Shown here: positions 12,691 through 26,619 of the stretch, in pieces | Layout of the letters: every line of letters starts with the position of its first letter | How positions within the stretch are numbered: position 1 is the stretch's first letter | DNA from: Eledone cirrhosa | Lineage: Eukaryota | Length of the DNA: 64,000 nucleotides | Assembly: GCA_964016885.1 (NCBI GenBank) | Contig: OZ024742.1 | Coordinates: forward strand, 169,136,001 to 169,200,000 | Reading direction: 5' to 3' | Notes under the pieces: generated by a model | Seen by the model: the letters and a program-made list of their open reading frames with translations, nothing else | What the model was told of the DNA's origin: nothing | Database searches by the model: none | Position numbers and translations under genes: made by a program

Positions 12691-12880
12691 TATATATATT
12701 CCTTAGTTAAGCAAAACAAGAACACAAACTTCACAAGGAAGACATTATTAAAAGATTGTCAACATATTTTAGTTTGATGTAAGGAATGTAGAGAATAATA
12801 ATAATAATATTTTAGTTTCTACTTTAGGCACAAGGCCAGCAATTACCCAGTGCATTACTGGTACTTTATTTTATTGGTCC

Positions 12881-13000
12881 GTTTACAATGGTTTCGCTAC
12901 TCCATATAATATTTCTGGATCAGATGTCTATATATCATAATTGCTCTGGTTCAGTTGAAAATAATTAACATATTTAAAAAACAGAGTGGCTCATCGGAAC
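12881..13000 (-). ncRNA. Hammerhead motif with CCGATGA (U4C) core and long stem II insert; inverted copy at 13412-13531 (+) has GAAA>AAAA
   Basis: GTT-CCGATGA-GCCACTC...GAGTAGC-GAAA-C(CATT or AATT)GTA-AAC. Stem I is only 3 bp. Confidence 0.55.
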
Positions 13001-13200
13001 TCAAAGGTATATAAATTAAAATAATGGGATAATGTTACATAATATAATGGTCCATTATATTATGTAACATTACATAATATAATGCAACATTATGTAACAT
13101 TACATAATATAATGCACCATTATGTAACATTACATAATATAATGGCCCATTATATTATGTAACATTATCCCATTATTTTAATTTATATTTTAATTTATAT

Positions 13201-13390
13201 AGGGCGGTGGATTGGCAGTATCGGTAGAGGGTCGGACGCCATGCTTTCCAGCATAGTTACGTCCCTTTACGATCTGAGTTCAAATCCCGCCGAGGCTGAC
13301 TTTGCCTTTCATCCTTACGGGGTCAATAAAATAAAGTACCAGTAATGCACTGGGTAATTGCTGGCCTTGTGCCTAAAGTAGAAACAATTA
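13201..13390 (+). mobile_element. Full-length tRNA-derived SINE with TSD
   Basis: Same family as 7281. It is flanked by TATTTTAATTTATAT at 13186-13200 and 13389-13403. Confidence 0.9.
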
Positions 13391-15120
13391 TTTTAATTTA
13401 TATTCCTTTGAGTTCCGATGAGCCACTCTGTTTTTTAAATATGTTAATTATTTTCAACTGAACCAGAGCAATTATGATATATAGACATCTGATCCAGAAA
13501 TATTATATGGAGTAGCAAAACAATTGTAAACGGCCATTATTATTATTAATATTATTATTCTCTACATTCCTTACATCAAACTAAAATATGTTGACAATCT
13601 TTTAATAATGTCTTCCTTGTGAAGTTTGTGGTCTTGTTTTGCTTTAAAATTAAAAACGCCAAGAATATCTTCGTCACTCCACAGAGTATCTAGGGACGCA
13701 AGAGAACATAGTATGCCACGCATATCGGTCTTAGAATCAGTGTCAAAAGCAAACATTACCAAAATTGCTCACCAAGCCTTATTTATCAGAAATCATTCAA
13801 AACTTATTCTACAAATGCTCTTATATTTATTATAGAAGTTTATCCAGCTTAAAAATGTATTCAAAAGATTGGGAACAACGCCAATTTTAGGGTAGTTTAT
13901 TTAATCTCATTAATTATATATTCATGCGGAAAGGTTTTAAAAAAAAATTGAAGGAATCGAAAGATTTATCGCCAAGTATCACAAATAGTCAAATACCTTA
14001 AGTAAATATACTACATTTTATACTACATTTTAAATTTATATTTATATTTAAATGTTGAGTTCAATCTATGTCTGCAACAGCTGAATAAATTGGTTCGTAA
14101 ATTAAGGGAATTTTTAGATTTTAATATAAAGAATATCTCCTCCGCGCAGAGGTCACAAGTCTCATATAATTAATGAGATTAAATAAACTACCCTAAAATT
14201 GGCGTTGTTCCCAATTTTTTGAATAAATTTTTAAGCTGGATAAACTTCTATAATAAATATAAGAGCATTTGTAGAATAAGTTTTGAATGATTTCTGATAA
14301 ATAAGGCTTGGTGAGCAATTTTGGTAATGTTTGCTTTTGACACTGATTCTAAGACCGATATGCGTGGCATACTATGTTCTCTTGCGTCCCTAGATACTCT
14401 GTGGAGTGACGAAGATATTCTTGGCGTTTTTAATTTTAATATTGATATCTGTTGTCTACTCTATGCTTGATCGATGATTATTTTAGATGTTAATGTAGAT
14501 GTTAATTTGAGATAACCTTCTCTTTTCTCATTTTTCACGAGAATGCATATATACTTATGTTTGAAGTTTTGTCTCAGATTTTGCTTATAGACCTAAGAAT
14601 TTTTAAACTGAGCATGTGGTCATTTTTTTACACATTATAGATATGTGTCTCATTCATGAATACTGATATCTACATTATAATGCCTAATTCATAAAAATTG
14701 ATAATTCAAATGGATGAGACATAATATATTTTTAATATATTTTAAATATATCATCTTTCTTTCTTTTTCTCCTATACACTAATCTAACTGTATCCCTTCC
14801 CTTAACCTCTCACATATACGATGATCATCTGTCAAAAAGCAGCCTACTATGTTTTTTTTCACCATCAATGTATTTCTCTCTATCCTTGTCTCTCTATCTC
14901 GCTCCGTTGTTTTTCTTTACATACATCTCTTTTCTCTTTACATACATCTCTTCATCTTCTTCTTTTTTATTTACATACATCTCTTCATCTTCTTCTTCTC
15001 ATCTTCGTTTTCTTTCTATATAACTATCATAACAGTTTCACTACCAAATCAACTTTTTAAAAGGAAGTTGCATTATTACAAGGTATGTCACTAATTATTT
15101 ATAAAACAGCTTATGTATTG

Positions 15121-15198
15121 TATTTTGTCTGAGGAAGGCATAACATATTTTTAATGATATTTTTAATATGATATCCAATAAATATATATAACGAAATA
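15121..15198 (+). ncRNA. Degenerate hammerhead (GAAA>TAAA) in a Naiad-like 3' UTR remnant (about 14700-15330)
   Basis: TATTTTGT-CTGAGGA-..-TAAA-T(ATAT)ATA-ACGAAATA. Flanks match 43230-43357 and the reverse complement of 40040-40130. Stem I differs from the 43253 copy by compensatory changes. Confidence 0.6.
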
Positions 15199-15345
15199 AA
15201 TATGGTTTTATAAATATAGTTTCCATTTTTTTAATATCGTAAACCTACTCCAGAAACTGTCGAGTGCTTTTATATCAGTTATAAAATATTTACTCGTTGT
15301 AACCCAACAATCTTAAATAAAACTTTTGCATATATATATATATAC

Positions 15346-15392
<47 letters not shown>

Positions 15393-15409
15393 TACATATA
15401 TATATATAC

Positions 15410-16341
<932 letters not shown>

Positions 16342-16360
16342 ATATATATATACATATATA

Positions 16361-17472
16361 TGTGAATATAGACATAGAATATTCGAAAATATTCTGTATG
16401 TTTATAATAAACATTTTGAAGACCTAATCGCTATAGAATAGAATACGTCACGTATTACAATTAGATTCTCGACAAAAGCAAGGGAAGTAATCTACGCGTT
16501 TCATTCTTGTTAGAAATCTTCAGGACTACATATCCAGTGCTTTTATCGAGAATGACACAGCTAGAGACTTATAGAATACTTAGCTGTGTACAGGAACTGG
16601 TTTGAAAGAGCGGTTGCCGGTCCGGCAGAAATTAGAAATTGGAATAAATGCTCTGAAATAGCGATATATATGTGAATATAGACATAGAATATTCGAAAAT
16701 ATTCTGTATGTTTATAATAAACATTTTGAAGACCTAATCGCTATAGAATAGAATACGTCACGTATTACAATTAGATTCTCGACAAAAGCAAGGGAAGTAA
16801 TCTACGCGTTTCATTCTTGTTAGAAATCTTCAGGACTACATATCCAGTGCTTTTATCGAGAATGACACAGCTAGAGACTTATAGAATACTTAGCTGTGTA
16901 CAGGAACTGGTTTGAAAGAGCGGTTGCCGGTCCGGCAGAAATTAGAAATTGGAATAAATGCTCTGAAATAGCGATATATATGTGAATATAGACATAGAAT
17001 ATTCGAAAATATTCTGTATGTTTATAATAAACATTTGAAGACCTAATCGCTATAGAATAGAATACGTCACGTATTACAATTAGATTCTCGACAAAAGCAA
17101 GGGAAGTAATCGACGCGTTTCATTGTTGTTAGAAATCTTCAGGACTACATATCCAGTGCTTTTATCGAGAATGACACAGTTCCTGTACACAGTTCCTGTA
17201 CACAGTTCCTGTACACAGCTAAGTATTCTATAAGTCTCTAGCTGTGTCATTCTCGATAAAAGCACTGGATATGTAGTCCTGAAGATTTCTAACAAGAATG
17301 AAACGCGTAGATTACTTCCCTTGCTTTTGTCGAGAATCTAATTGTAATACGTGACGTATTCTATTCTATAGCGATTAGGTCTTCAAAATGTTTATTATAA
17401 ACATACAGAATATTTTCGAATATTCTATGTCTATATTCACATATATATCGCTATTTCAGAGCATTTATTCCA

Positions 17473-17475
<3 letters not shown>
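16361..17475. mobile_element. Tandem array of a 310-bp non-coding HHR unit (about 2.6 copies) plus one inverted copy; retrozyme-like, probably PLE-mobilised
   Basis: TGTGAATATAGAC recurs at 16361, 16671 and 16981. About 17206-17475 is the reverse complement. (TA)n lies on both sides. Confidence 0.9.
17273..17315 (+). ncRNA. Minimal type I hammerhead ribozyme; minus-strand copies at 16487-16529, 16797-16839 and 17106-17148
   Basis: GTAGTC-CTGAAGA-TTTCT aaca AGAAT-GAAA-CGCG-TA^GATTAC. The ACGCGT palindromic stem III is typical of PLE HHRs. One copy has GTC at the cleavage site. Confidence 0.82.
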
Positions 17476-17547
<72 letters not shown>

Positions 17548-17638
17548 CATATATACATATATATATATACATATATATATATACATATATATATATATAC
17601 ATATACATATATATATATATACATATACATATATATAT

Positions 17639-17671
<33 letters not shown>

Positions 17672-17678
17672 TATATAC

Positions 17679-17731
<53 letters not shown>

Positions 17732-17782
17732 CATACATATATATATATATACATATATACATATATATATATACATATATAC

Positions 17783-17943
<161 letters not shown>

Positions 17944-18256
17944 CATATATATATTATCTTAACGGCATTCCTGTCTTAACGACATCACAACTTTCTCCGC
18001 TTGGCCTGTTCCCCCCCTTTTGGAACTTTCCCCCGTTGATGGGCGTGAGCCCGAAATATTGGGATTAAATCTCCACTACGGTAACCCTTCTACCTTTGTT
18101 TTGTTTTCATCTTTGTCTCTCTCTATTTTCACTTTCACCTATTTCTCCTATCTATCTTTCACTTCCTACCTCGAGATTTCCCATCTGCATTGTTGTGGCT
18201 TTCTTAATTACGTATTTTACACATTTCACAATGCTTCAAGCAAACTTTAACACCCT

Positions 18257-18310
<54 letters not shown>

Positions 18311-18347
18311 CATATATACATATATATATATATACATATATATATAC

Positions 18348-18398
<51 letters not shown>

Positions 18399-18407
18399 CA
18401 TATATAC

Positions 18408-18438
<31 letters not shown>

Positions 18439-18488
18439 CATACATGACCCTCCCAAAGTATAACAATATATATATACATATATATATA

Positions 18489-19871
18489 TCATCATCATCA
18501 TCAACGTTTAACGTCCGTGTTCCACGCTTGCATGGGTTTGGACGGGGGTAGTCCCACTTGAAGCAAGAGTGATTGTCTTGCTCGCATAGGACTGTCTGGC
18601 AGGTTTTCTACAGTTGGATGCCCTTCCTAACACCAACCACATTTACAGTGTGGGTCTGGGAGGTTTTTACCGTGTTGCCTACACGGCCACATTACAGCGT
18701 GGACTGTGTGTTTTTTTGTCGTGACACCTACACGATCTCATTTGTTTCGGCCTGGATGGCGCGGCACCAACATAACTTTACATAGAACGGGGTGGTGTGG
18801 ATGGGATGGGGGTGGTGGTGGTGGGACGGGGTGTATTTTGTTAGAGATGCCTACTGGCTGGAGTAGGTTTTACTATATATTTAGGTAAGGCGGGGTCTTC
18901 TCTGTTACTGAGTACCGCCAAAGGTCTCGGTCCAGTGACATTGTCTTGGAGAGGTGTAAGTGTGTGATGTCGGAGTTTATCAGCTCGTCCCAGGTTTTTC
19001 TAGGTCTGCCTATTCCGTGACTACCGTCTATCTTTATTGCCCTGCACTTTGTTATACAGCTATCGACTTTCATCCGCATCACGTGTCCATACCAACGTAG
19101 CCTTCTCTCGAGTAAACAACATCTGATCCCTCTTATCTCTAATTTTTTCCTTAGTTCGTTTATGCTTTGCCGTTCACGTATATTACTGTTACACATCCAG
19201 CGGAGCATGCAAGCTTCGTTCCTCTCTAGTCTGCGTATATCCTCTGCACACAATGCCCAGGTCTCACTGCCATGCAGCATTGCTGTTCGTATGCAGGCAT
19301 CGTACAACCTGCCTTTCATTTTTAGGGAGAACCCTTTAGCAGCTAATAGTGGTATAAGCTCTCTGAACTTTTTCCAACCAGTTCTGACTCTAGCTACAGT
19401 ACTTTCAGAGCACCCTCCCCCACTGCTGATTTTATCGCCCAGGTAACGGAAGCTGTCCACTATTTCTATAGAACCCTCTGCGCAATTGAAAGAGCTAGTA
19501 TTTTGTGGGCACTTGCTGCTACTTATTGCACCAGAACACCGGCCACATGTAAAATCTATGTTCTTAGTTAGCTTACCTGTGATCCCACTACATCTTTTAT
19601 GCACCCATACTTTGCATTTAGGACATAAAATGGAATTTCTACCTATGCCTTTCCTACACACCGAGCGCGACCATTTTCCAGAAGGGACCGCCGCCTTGTT
19701 TTCTTTCCTACAAACTAGAACTTTGGTCTTAGCCAGGTTAATTTTAAGTCCTTTTGACTCTAGGCCGTGCTTCCATGTTTGGAATTTCTTCTCTAGCTCG
19801 GCCATTGATTCCGCTATGAGTGTCAGGTCGTCTGCGTATAGGAGTTCCCATGGGCAGCCTGTCTTGAACTC
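18489..19871 (-). mobile_element. 5'-truncated RTE family B copy inserted in (TA)n
   Basis: Open frame from [15 protein letters not shown] to GRPRKTW. It is nearly identical to 35488-36865 and has a (CAT)n tail. Confidence 0.95.
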
Positions 19872-19947
19872 ATATATATATATATATATATATACATATA
19901 TACATATATATATATACATATACATATATATATATATACATATATAT

Positions 19948-20068
<121 letters not shown>

Positions 20069-20153
20069 CATATATATATATACATATATATATATACATA
20101 TATATATATACATATATATATATACATATATATATATACATATATATATATAC

Positions 20154-20238
<85 letters not shown>

Positions 20239-20263
20239 TACATATATATATATACATATATAC

Positions 20264-20382
<119 letters not shown>

Positions 20383-20417
20383 CATATATACATATATATA
20401 TATACATATATATATAC

Positions 20418-20512
<95 letters not shown>

Positions 20513-20539
20513 CATACATGACCCTCCCAAAGTATAACA

Positions 20540-20569
<30 letters not shown>

Positions 20570-20572
<3 letters not shown>

Positions 20573-23198
20573 ATATAAGATCAAAAGATGGTTAAAGGAG
20601 TTCCATATATTTTATTATGCGCATTTCAAAAACAAACATCATCAAGCAATAATATTTGTGTTTTCATCAGATAAAACAGGAGAACATGATATGAAGGCTA
20701 AAAAACACTTGTTGATAGTGCAGTTTTAAATCAACATATGAAAAGTGGTTTTAGATTGATGTGTGATATTGGGAAAAATATTTTATTTAGAGAGGGGAGG
20801 GGGAAAGGATGAGAAGGGAAGGAGATGAGAGGGAGAGATGGGTGATAGAGAGAAAGAGATAGTTTTTATAACTGAGAGGAGATATATTTTTTATATAGAG
20901 GGTTGAAAACCGTTGGAAGATACTGTATAAATTAAAAATTTTGAAAATTAACGAAGGGGGGATATGTGCGAGGAAAAAATATTTTATTTAGGGAGGGGGG
21001 GGGGGAAGGATGAAAAAAAGGGGGAGGAGATGAGAGTGAAGGTGGAGAGGGAGAGATGGGTGATAGAGAGAAAGAGATAGTTTTTATAACTGAGAAAAAG
21101 ATATATTGTTTTAATATAGAGAGGTTGGGAACCGTTGGAAGATAATGTATAAATTAAAGGAATTTAAAAATTAACGAAGGGAAATTATGTATGAAGATAG
21201 AGAGAAAAAAATAATAATTGTGGGTGAATATTCTAACGTCAAAAGAAGAAATGTATGTATTGTGGCAATTTCAAAATTAGCAAAGAGAGAAATGTTAAGG
21301 TTTATGTGTAGAAGGATTTGAGAAAAATAATGTGAAGTTAAAGTTTGTATATTGAATTCATATGTATTAATAATGAGTTCGTTGATGGGGAGAAAAAAAT
21401 AATAATAAATTAAGGATGAAATTGAGATTAAAAAGATTTATGATAGAGAGAAAAAATAATAATGATTGCGGATGAATATTCAAAATGTCAAAAACAAATG
21501 TTATTGTTTTACGAGAAGATAGAATGAGGGTAATGAGTAAACGAGTATTATAGAGTGTATAATGACCTTTAAAGTAAGGTAGATGGGTATATTTTAAAGA
21601 GGTGTATGTATATGTGCCTTTGAGAAAAGATTCTAAATTGATAAAGAATTGAATATTAACTGTATACTTTGTGAAAAGTTCTATGGAATTTATGCAGGCA
21701 GATAGAAAACAAATCTGAGCGTCTATTTATTATGGATTCTAGGTTAGAGATAATGGTAAATTTTTCATTTAGGCAGAGATTACAGATTTTAGATAGAGAG
21801 CTGTTCAAGTATGAGGATGCAGAAGAAATCTTTTTCCAAAAGATGCTATATTTAATGTTTTTGTCTTTTAAGGACCATATGAGTTCTGAGAGTTAAAAGA
21901 CAAAAACATTAAATATAGCATCTTTTGGAAAAAGATTTCTTCTGCATCCTCATACTTGAACAGCTCTCTATCTAAAATCTGTAATCTCTGCCTAAATGAA
22001 AAATTTACCATTATCTCTAACCTAGAATCCATAATAAATAGACGCTCAGATTTGTTTTCTATCTGCCTGCATAAATTCCATAGAACTTTTCACAAAGTAT
22101 ACAGTTAATATTCAATTCTTTATCAATTTAGAATCTTTTCTCAAAGGCACATATACATACACCTCTTTAAAATATACCCATCTACCTTACTTTAAAGGGC
22201 ATTATACACTCTATAATACTCGTTTACTCATTACCCTCATTCTATCTTCTCGTAAAACAATAACATTTGTTTTTGACATTTTGAATATTCATCCGCAATC
22301 ATTATTATTTTTTCTCTCTATCATAAATCTTTTTAATCTCAATTTCATCCTTAATTTATTATTATTTTTTTCTCCCCATCAACGAACTCATTATTAATAC
22401 ATATGAATTCAATATACAAACTTTAACTTCACATTATTTTTCTCAAATCCTTCTACACATAAACCTTAACATTTCTCTCTTTGCTAATTTTGAAATTGCC
22501 ACAATACATACATTTCTTCTTTTGACGTTAGAATATTCACCCACAATTATTATTTTTTTCTCTCTATCTTCATACATAATTTCCCTTCGTTAATTTTTAA
22601 ATTCCTTTAATTTATACATTATCTTCCAACGGTTCCCAACCTCTCTATATTAAAACAATATATCTTTTTCTCAGTTATAAAAACTATCTCTTTCTCTCTA
22701 TCACCCATCTCTCCCTCTCCACCTTCACTCTCATCTCCTCCCCCTTTTTTTCATCCTTTCCACCCCCCCCCCTCCCTAAATAAAATATTTTTTCCTCGCA
22801 CATATCCCCCCTTCGTTAATTTTCAAAATTTTTAATTTATACAGTATCTTCCAACGCTTTTCAACCCCTCTATATAAAAAATATATCTCCTCTCAGTTAT
22901 AAAAACTATCTCTTTCTCTCTATCACCCATCTCTCCCTCTCATCTCCTTCCCTTCTCATCCTTTCCCCCCCCCCCCTCTCTAAATAAAATATTTTTCCCA
23001 ATATCACACATCAATCTAAAACCACTTTTCATATGTTGATTTAAAACTGCACTATCAACAAGTGTTTTTTAGCCTTCATATCATGTTCTCCTGTTTTATC
23101 TGATGAAAACACAAATATTATTGCTTGATGATGTTTGTTTTTGAAATGCGCATAATAAAATATATGGAACTCCTTTAACCATCTTTTGATCTTATATT
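20570..23198. mobile_element. 2.6-kb palindrome: head-to-head duplicated 3' end of a Naiad-type Penelope-like element
   Basis: Arms 20570-21871 and 21893-23198 surround a 21-nt spacer. The right arm starts LKDKNIKYSIFWKKISSASSY..ICNLCLNEKFTII..INRRSDLFSICLH (stop 22106-22108), homologous to the C-terminus of ORF 41357-42115. Confidence 0.92.
23092..23162 (+). ncRNA. Minimal type I hammerhead ribozyme (inverted copy 20608-20678, minus strand)
   Basis: TGTTTTAT-CTGATGA-AAACACAAATATTATT gctt GATGATGTTTGTTTTT-GAAA-T(GCGC)ATA^ATAAAATA. Stem III is minimal and capped by a palindromic tetraloop. Confidence 0.85.
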
Positions 23199-23286
23199 AT
23201 GCATACTCCAGTCCCACAAACTGTAGAGTGCTTCTTATCCGATATCTGCATTGCTTTATTGTACTACAATAAAACTCACCTCCTAC

Positions 23287-23346
<60 letters not shown>

Positions 23347-23351
23347 TATGC

Positions 23352-23397
<46 letters not shown>

Positions 23398-23431
23398 ATA
23401 TACATATATATATATACATATATATATATAC

Positions 23432-23482
<51 letters not shown>

Positions 23483-23491
23483 CATATATAC

Positions 23492-23522
<31 letters not shown>

Positions 23523-23531
23523 CATATATAC

Positions 23532-23563
<32 letters not shown>

Positions 23564-23577
23564 ATATATACATATAC

Positions 23578-23668
<91 letters not shown>

Positions 23669-23670
23669 TA

Positions 23671-23902
23671 TGCTCTCTTCAACATCACACCAGGACACGT
23701 CAAAACAGAAACTGACCACACAAAATTCAAGAATTCTTTGGACAAATTCCTCCAAGTAATCCCGGACAAACCACCCACACCCGGATATGTCTCCACCAAA
23801 CAGTAATTCTCTTCTCGAATGGGCCATGGTGCCCAAATCCTGAATTGAAAGACTTCGCCAGGTGGTGCTATTAAGTTAGACATGGCCAAAACATTTCAAA
23901 GT
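23671..23902 (+). mobile_element. 3' end of a CR1/Jockey-group LINE
   Basis: [35 protein letters not shown] resembles the conserved C-terminus of CR1-like ORF2. Confidence 0.7.
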
Positions 23903-23952
<50 letters not shown>

Positions 23953-24829
23953 CATATATATATATTCTCTGTTAGCCTCTTCCTCACCTCACCCTTCACT
24001 CACTCATTCTCTGTCACTACCTCTCCTCCTCCTCCTCTTTCTTCCCGTTTGACCTGTGAGTAACTGTTTTCTCTCACATTCTCGGCCAAGCTGGTCGGAA
24101 TTTTTTCTCTCTCGTCCAGGATTTCACAGAACTTATGTTTACCGAATTCGCAGACCAGACCCCTTCTTCCTCCTGTTAGACCTGTGCGAAATTCCTTCCT
24201 TGCTCACATTTCAACCAGGTTTGATGGTCTTTATTCTCTCGTTCACGATTTCACCGAACTTAAATTCATAGAAATCTGGGACTTGTCTCCTTCTTCCTCA
24301 CTTTCTGTTGCCTCACCATTTTGTTTGTTTACCCTCGTGTCCCCTTTATTTACGTGTCCCAACGACTTCTTTTAGCCGTTGCTCGCACCAACCGGAGGTA
24401 TATGGTCTTTAAAGCGATGAAATGCCTATGATAGTTGGAAGATCACTGATGAAGGACAAACTTTTTTCATATGTAACCCATTTGCAACTCCGCAGCGCCC
24501 TTATTATCATATATATATATATAGATAATATATATATATATATAGATAATATATACATATACATATATATATAGATAATATATACATATATAGATAATAT
24601 ATACATATACATATATATAGATAATATATACATATACATATATATAGATAATATATACATATATATAGATAATATATACATATGCATATATACATATATA
24701 TATATATATATATACATATATATAGATAATATATACATATATATATAATATATATATATATAGATAGATAATATATACATATATATATATATAGATAATA
24801 TATATATATATAGATAGATAATATATACA

Positions 24830-25199
24830 TATCATTCATCATTCATCATCATTTCATTTTACGTCCGCTTTTCCCTGCGTGCAAGGGTGGGACGGTAACT
24901 GATTCTGGCTTGATTTCTACAGCTGGATGCCCTTCCTAACACCAACCTCATTTACAGTGAGTGCTGGGTGCTTTTTTGCCGTGGCACCTCTACGACCACT
25001 TTGCAGAGGAATGATAGAGACCCCAGTCCCTATCATCTCATTTCTACAGCTGAGTAAACTGGAGCAATGTGAAATAAAGTCTCTTGCTCAAGGAAACAAC
25101 ACATCACCCGGTCTGAGAATTGAACTCACAACCTTTCGATTGCAAGGCCAATGCTCTAACCACTAAGCCATGTGCCTCCATACTAAGCCATGTGCCTCC
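24830..25199 (-). mobile_element. tRNA-derived SINE (family 2) with an RTE family A tail; 5' half also at 51461-51627 (+)
   Basis: Head GGCACATGGCTTAGTGGTTAGAGC..GAGTTCAATTCTC. The tail shares GTGGTCG..GGTGCCACGGCAAAAAAGCACCCAGC..GGAAGGGCATCCAGCTGTAGAAATC with the RTE 3' UTRs at 9220-9470 and 32306-32535. Confidence 0.85.
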
Positions 25200-25342
25200 A
25201 TATATATATATATAGAGAGATAATATATATATAGATAATATATACATATATATAGAGATAATATATACATATATATATACATATATATACATAAATATAT
25301 ATATATATACATATATATACATATATATACATATATATATAC

Positions 25343-25393
<51 letters not shown>

Positions 25394-25757
25394 ACAAATA
25401 CGGACCCCGTCTAAACACTTCTCCCTAAGACGAACCCACAACATACACACGTCAACATACATACCTACATCAGCACACATCTCTACCCACATATAAACAC
25501 AATGACATACGTAAACACACATGCTCTATGGTGCAACACAAAAAAATATATGTGCATATATATGTGTATATATATGTATATATGTATATATATATATATA
25601 TGTATATAGTGAATATATGTATGTGTGTATATATATATAGTGAATATCATTTCACACCTTTTATTGTTAAGATTTTTGATGTTCTATTAAGAGAACCGAT
25701 TTTACTGAAAAAATCGAATAATGTACACCATTTTACCATTTTGAAAAAAATACTGGT

Positions 25758-25804
<47 letters not shown>

Positions 25805-26011
25805 TACACACGCGTACATCAACATACAAAGAGTCTTATATACACACACACACACATTGCTTTCAGACACATTCTTACTGACCATCCCTGCCACAACGAA
25901 TTACTCTGCTATACACACACACACACACACACACTTATCTCAATAGCCATTTGACACACATCGCTGCTAACCATTATCACAACATCGAACACCTTACTAC
26001 TACTACTACTA

Positions 26012-26079
<68 letters not shown>

Positions 26080-26619
26080 TTGTTGTGAAAGAGTCATTTC
26101 TCAATCTTGGCGCAAAACCAATTTTTTATTCACATTACCTCTACCGACCAATCAAAATTGTTTTGACCACAAGAATTGTTGCTGGAGCCACTTTTTTAAC
26201 ATAAAAACAGTCTTGGCGCAAATCAATTTTTTACACTCACATGACCTCTACCGACCAATCAAAATTGTTTTGACCACAAGAAATTTGCAACACCAAAGTA
26301 ACGCTGGAGCCACTTTTTTAACATAAAAACAGGTAGAATTCCCAAAACTAATCAGATCAGAGCAAACAGCACGGACACTCTATCTCAAAATTATTTTTGA
26401 AAAGCATTTAGAAATGCGCAACCGGTAAAAACTTAAAAACTTAAAACCACAACTGAATACTAACCCATACAATCACTAATACTCTTTTATTCCTAATTAA
26501 ACCATTTTTCAACTGTGAACAATTTGTCAGCATTTTCTATTCCGTTTACCAATATATAATAACTTGTGTGTTACACCTCTATTCTTTTAACTATCATATC
26601 CTCACACGAGATACAGAAA

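Larger units (their letters stand above)
12709..14438. mobile_element. Double fold-back (zig-zag) HHR-containing element
   Basis: 12709-13050 is inverted at about 13145-13645, with a SINE insertion in each arm. About 13645-13919 is inverted at 14164-14438. Confidence 0.85.

Noticed and set aside
24440-24510. CTGATGA as a hammerhead core
   Set aside because: There is no correctly placed GAAA or supporting stems.
26391-26435. Functional hammerhead in the intact Neptune pLTR
   Set aside because: It has GCAA in place of GAAA and only ~3 bp of stem I in both pLTRs. It is mentioned only as a weak variant and not called as a feature.
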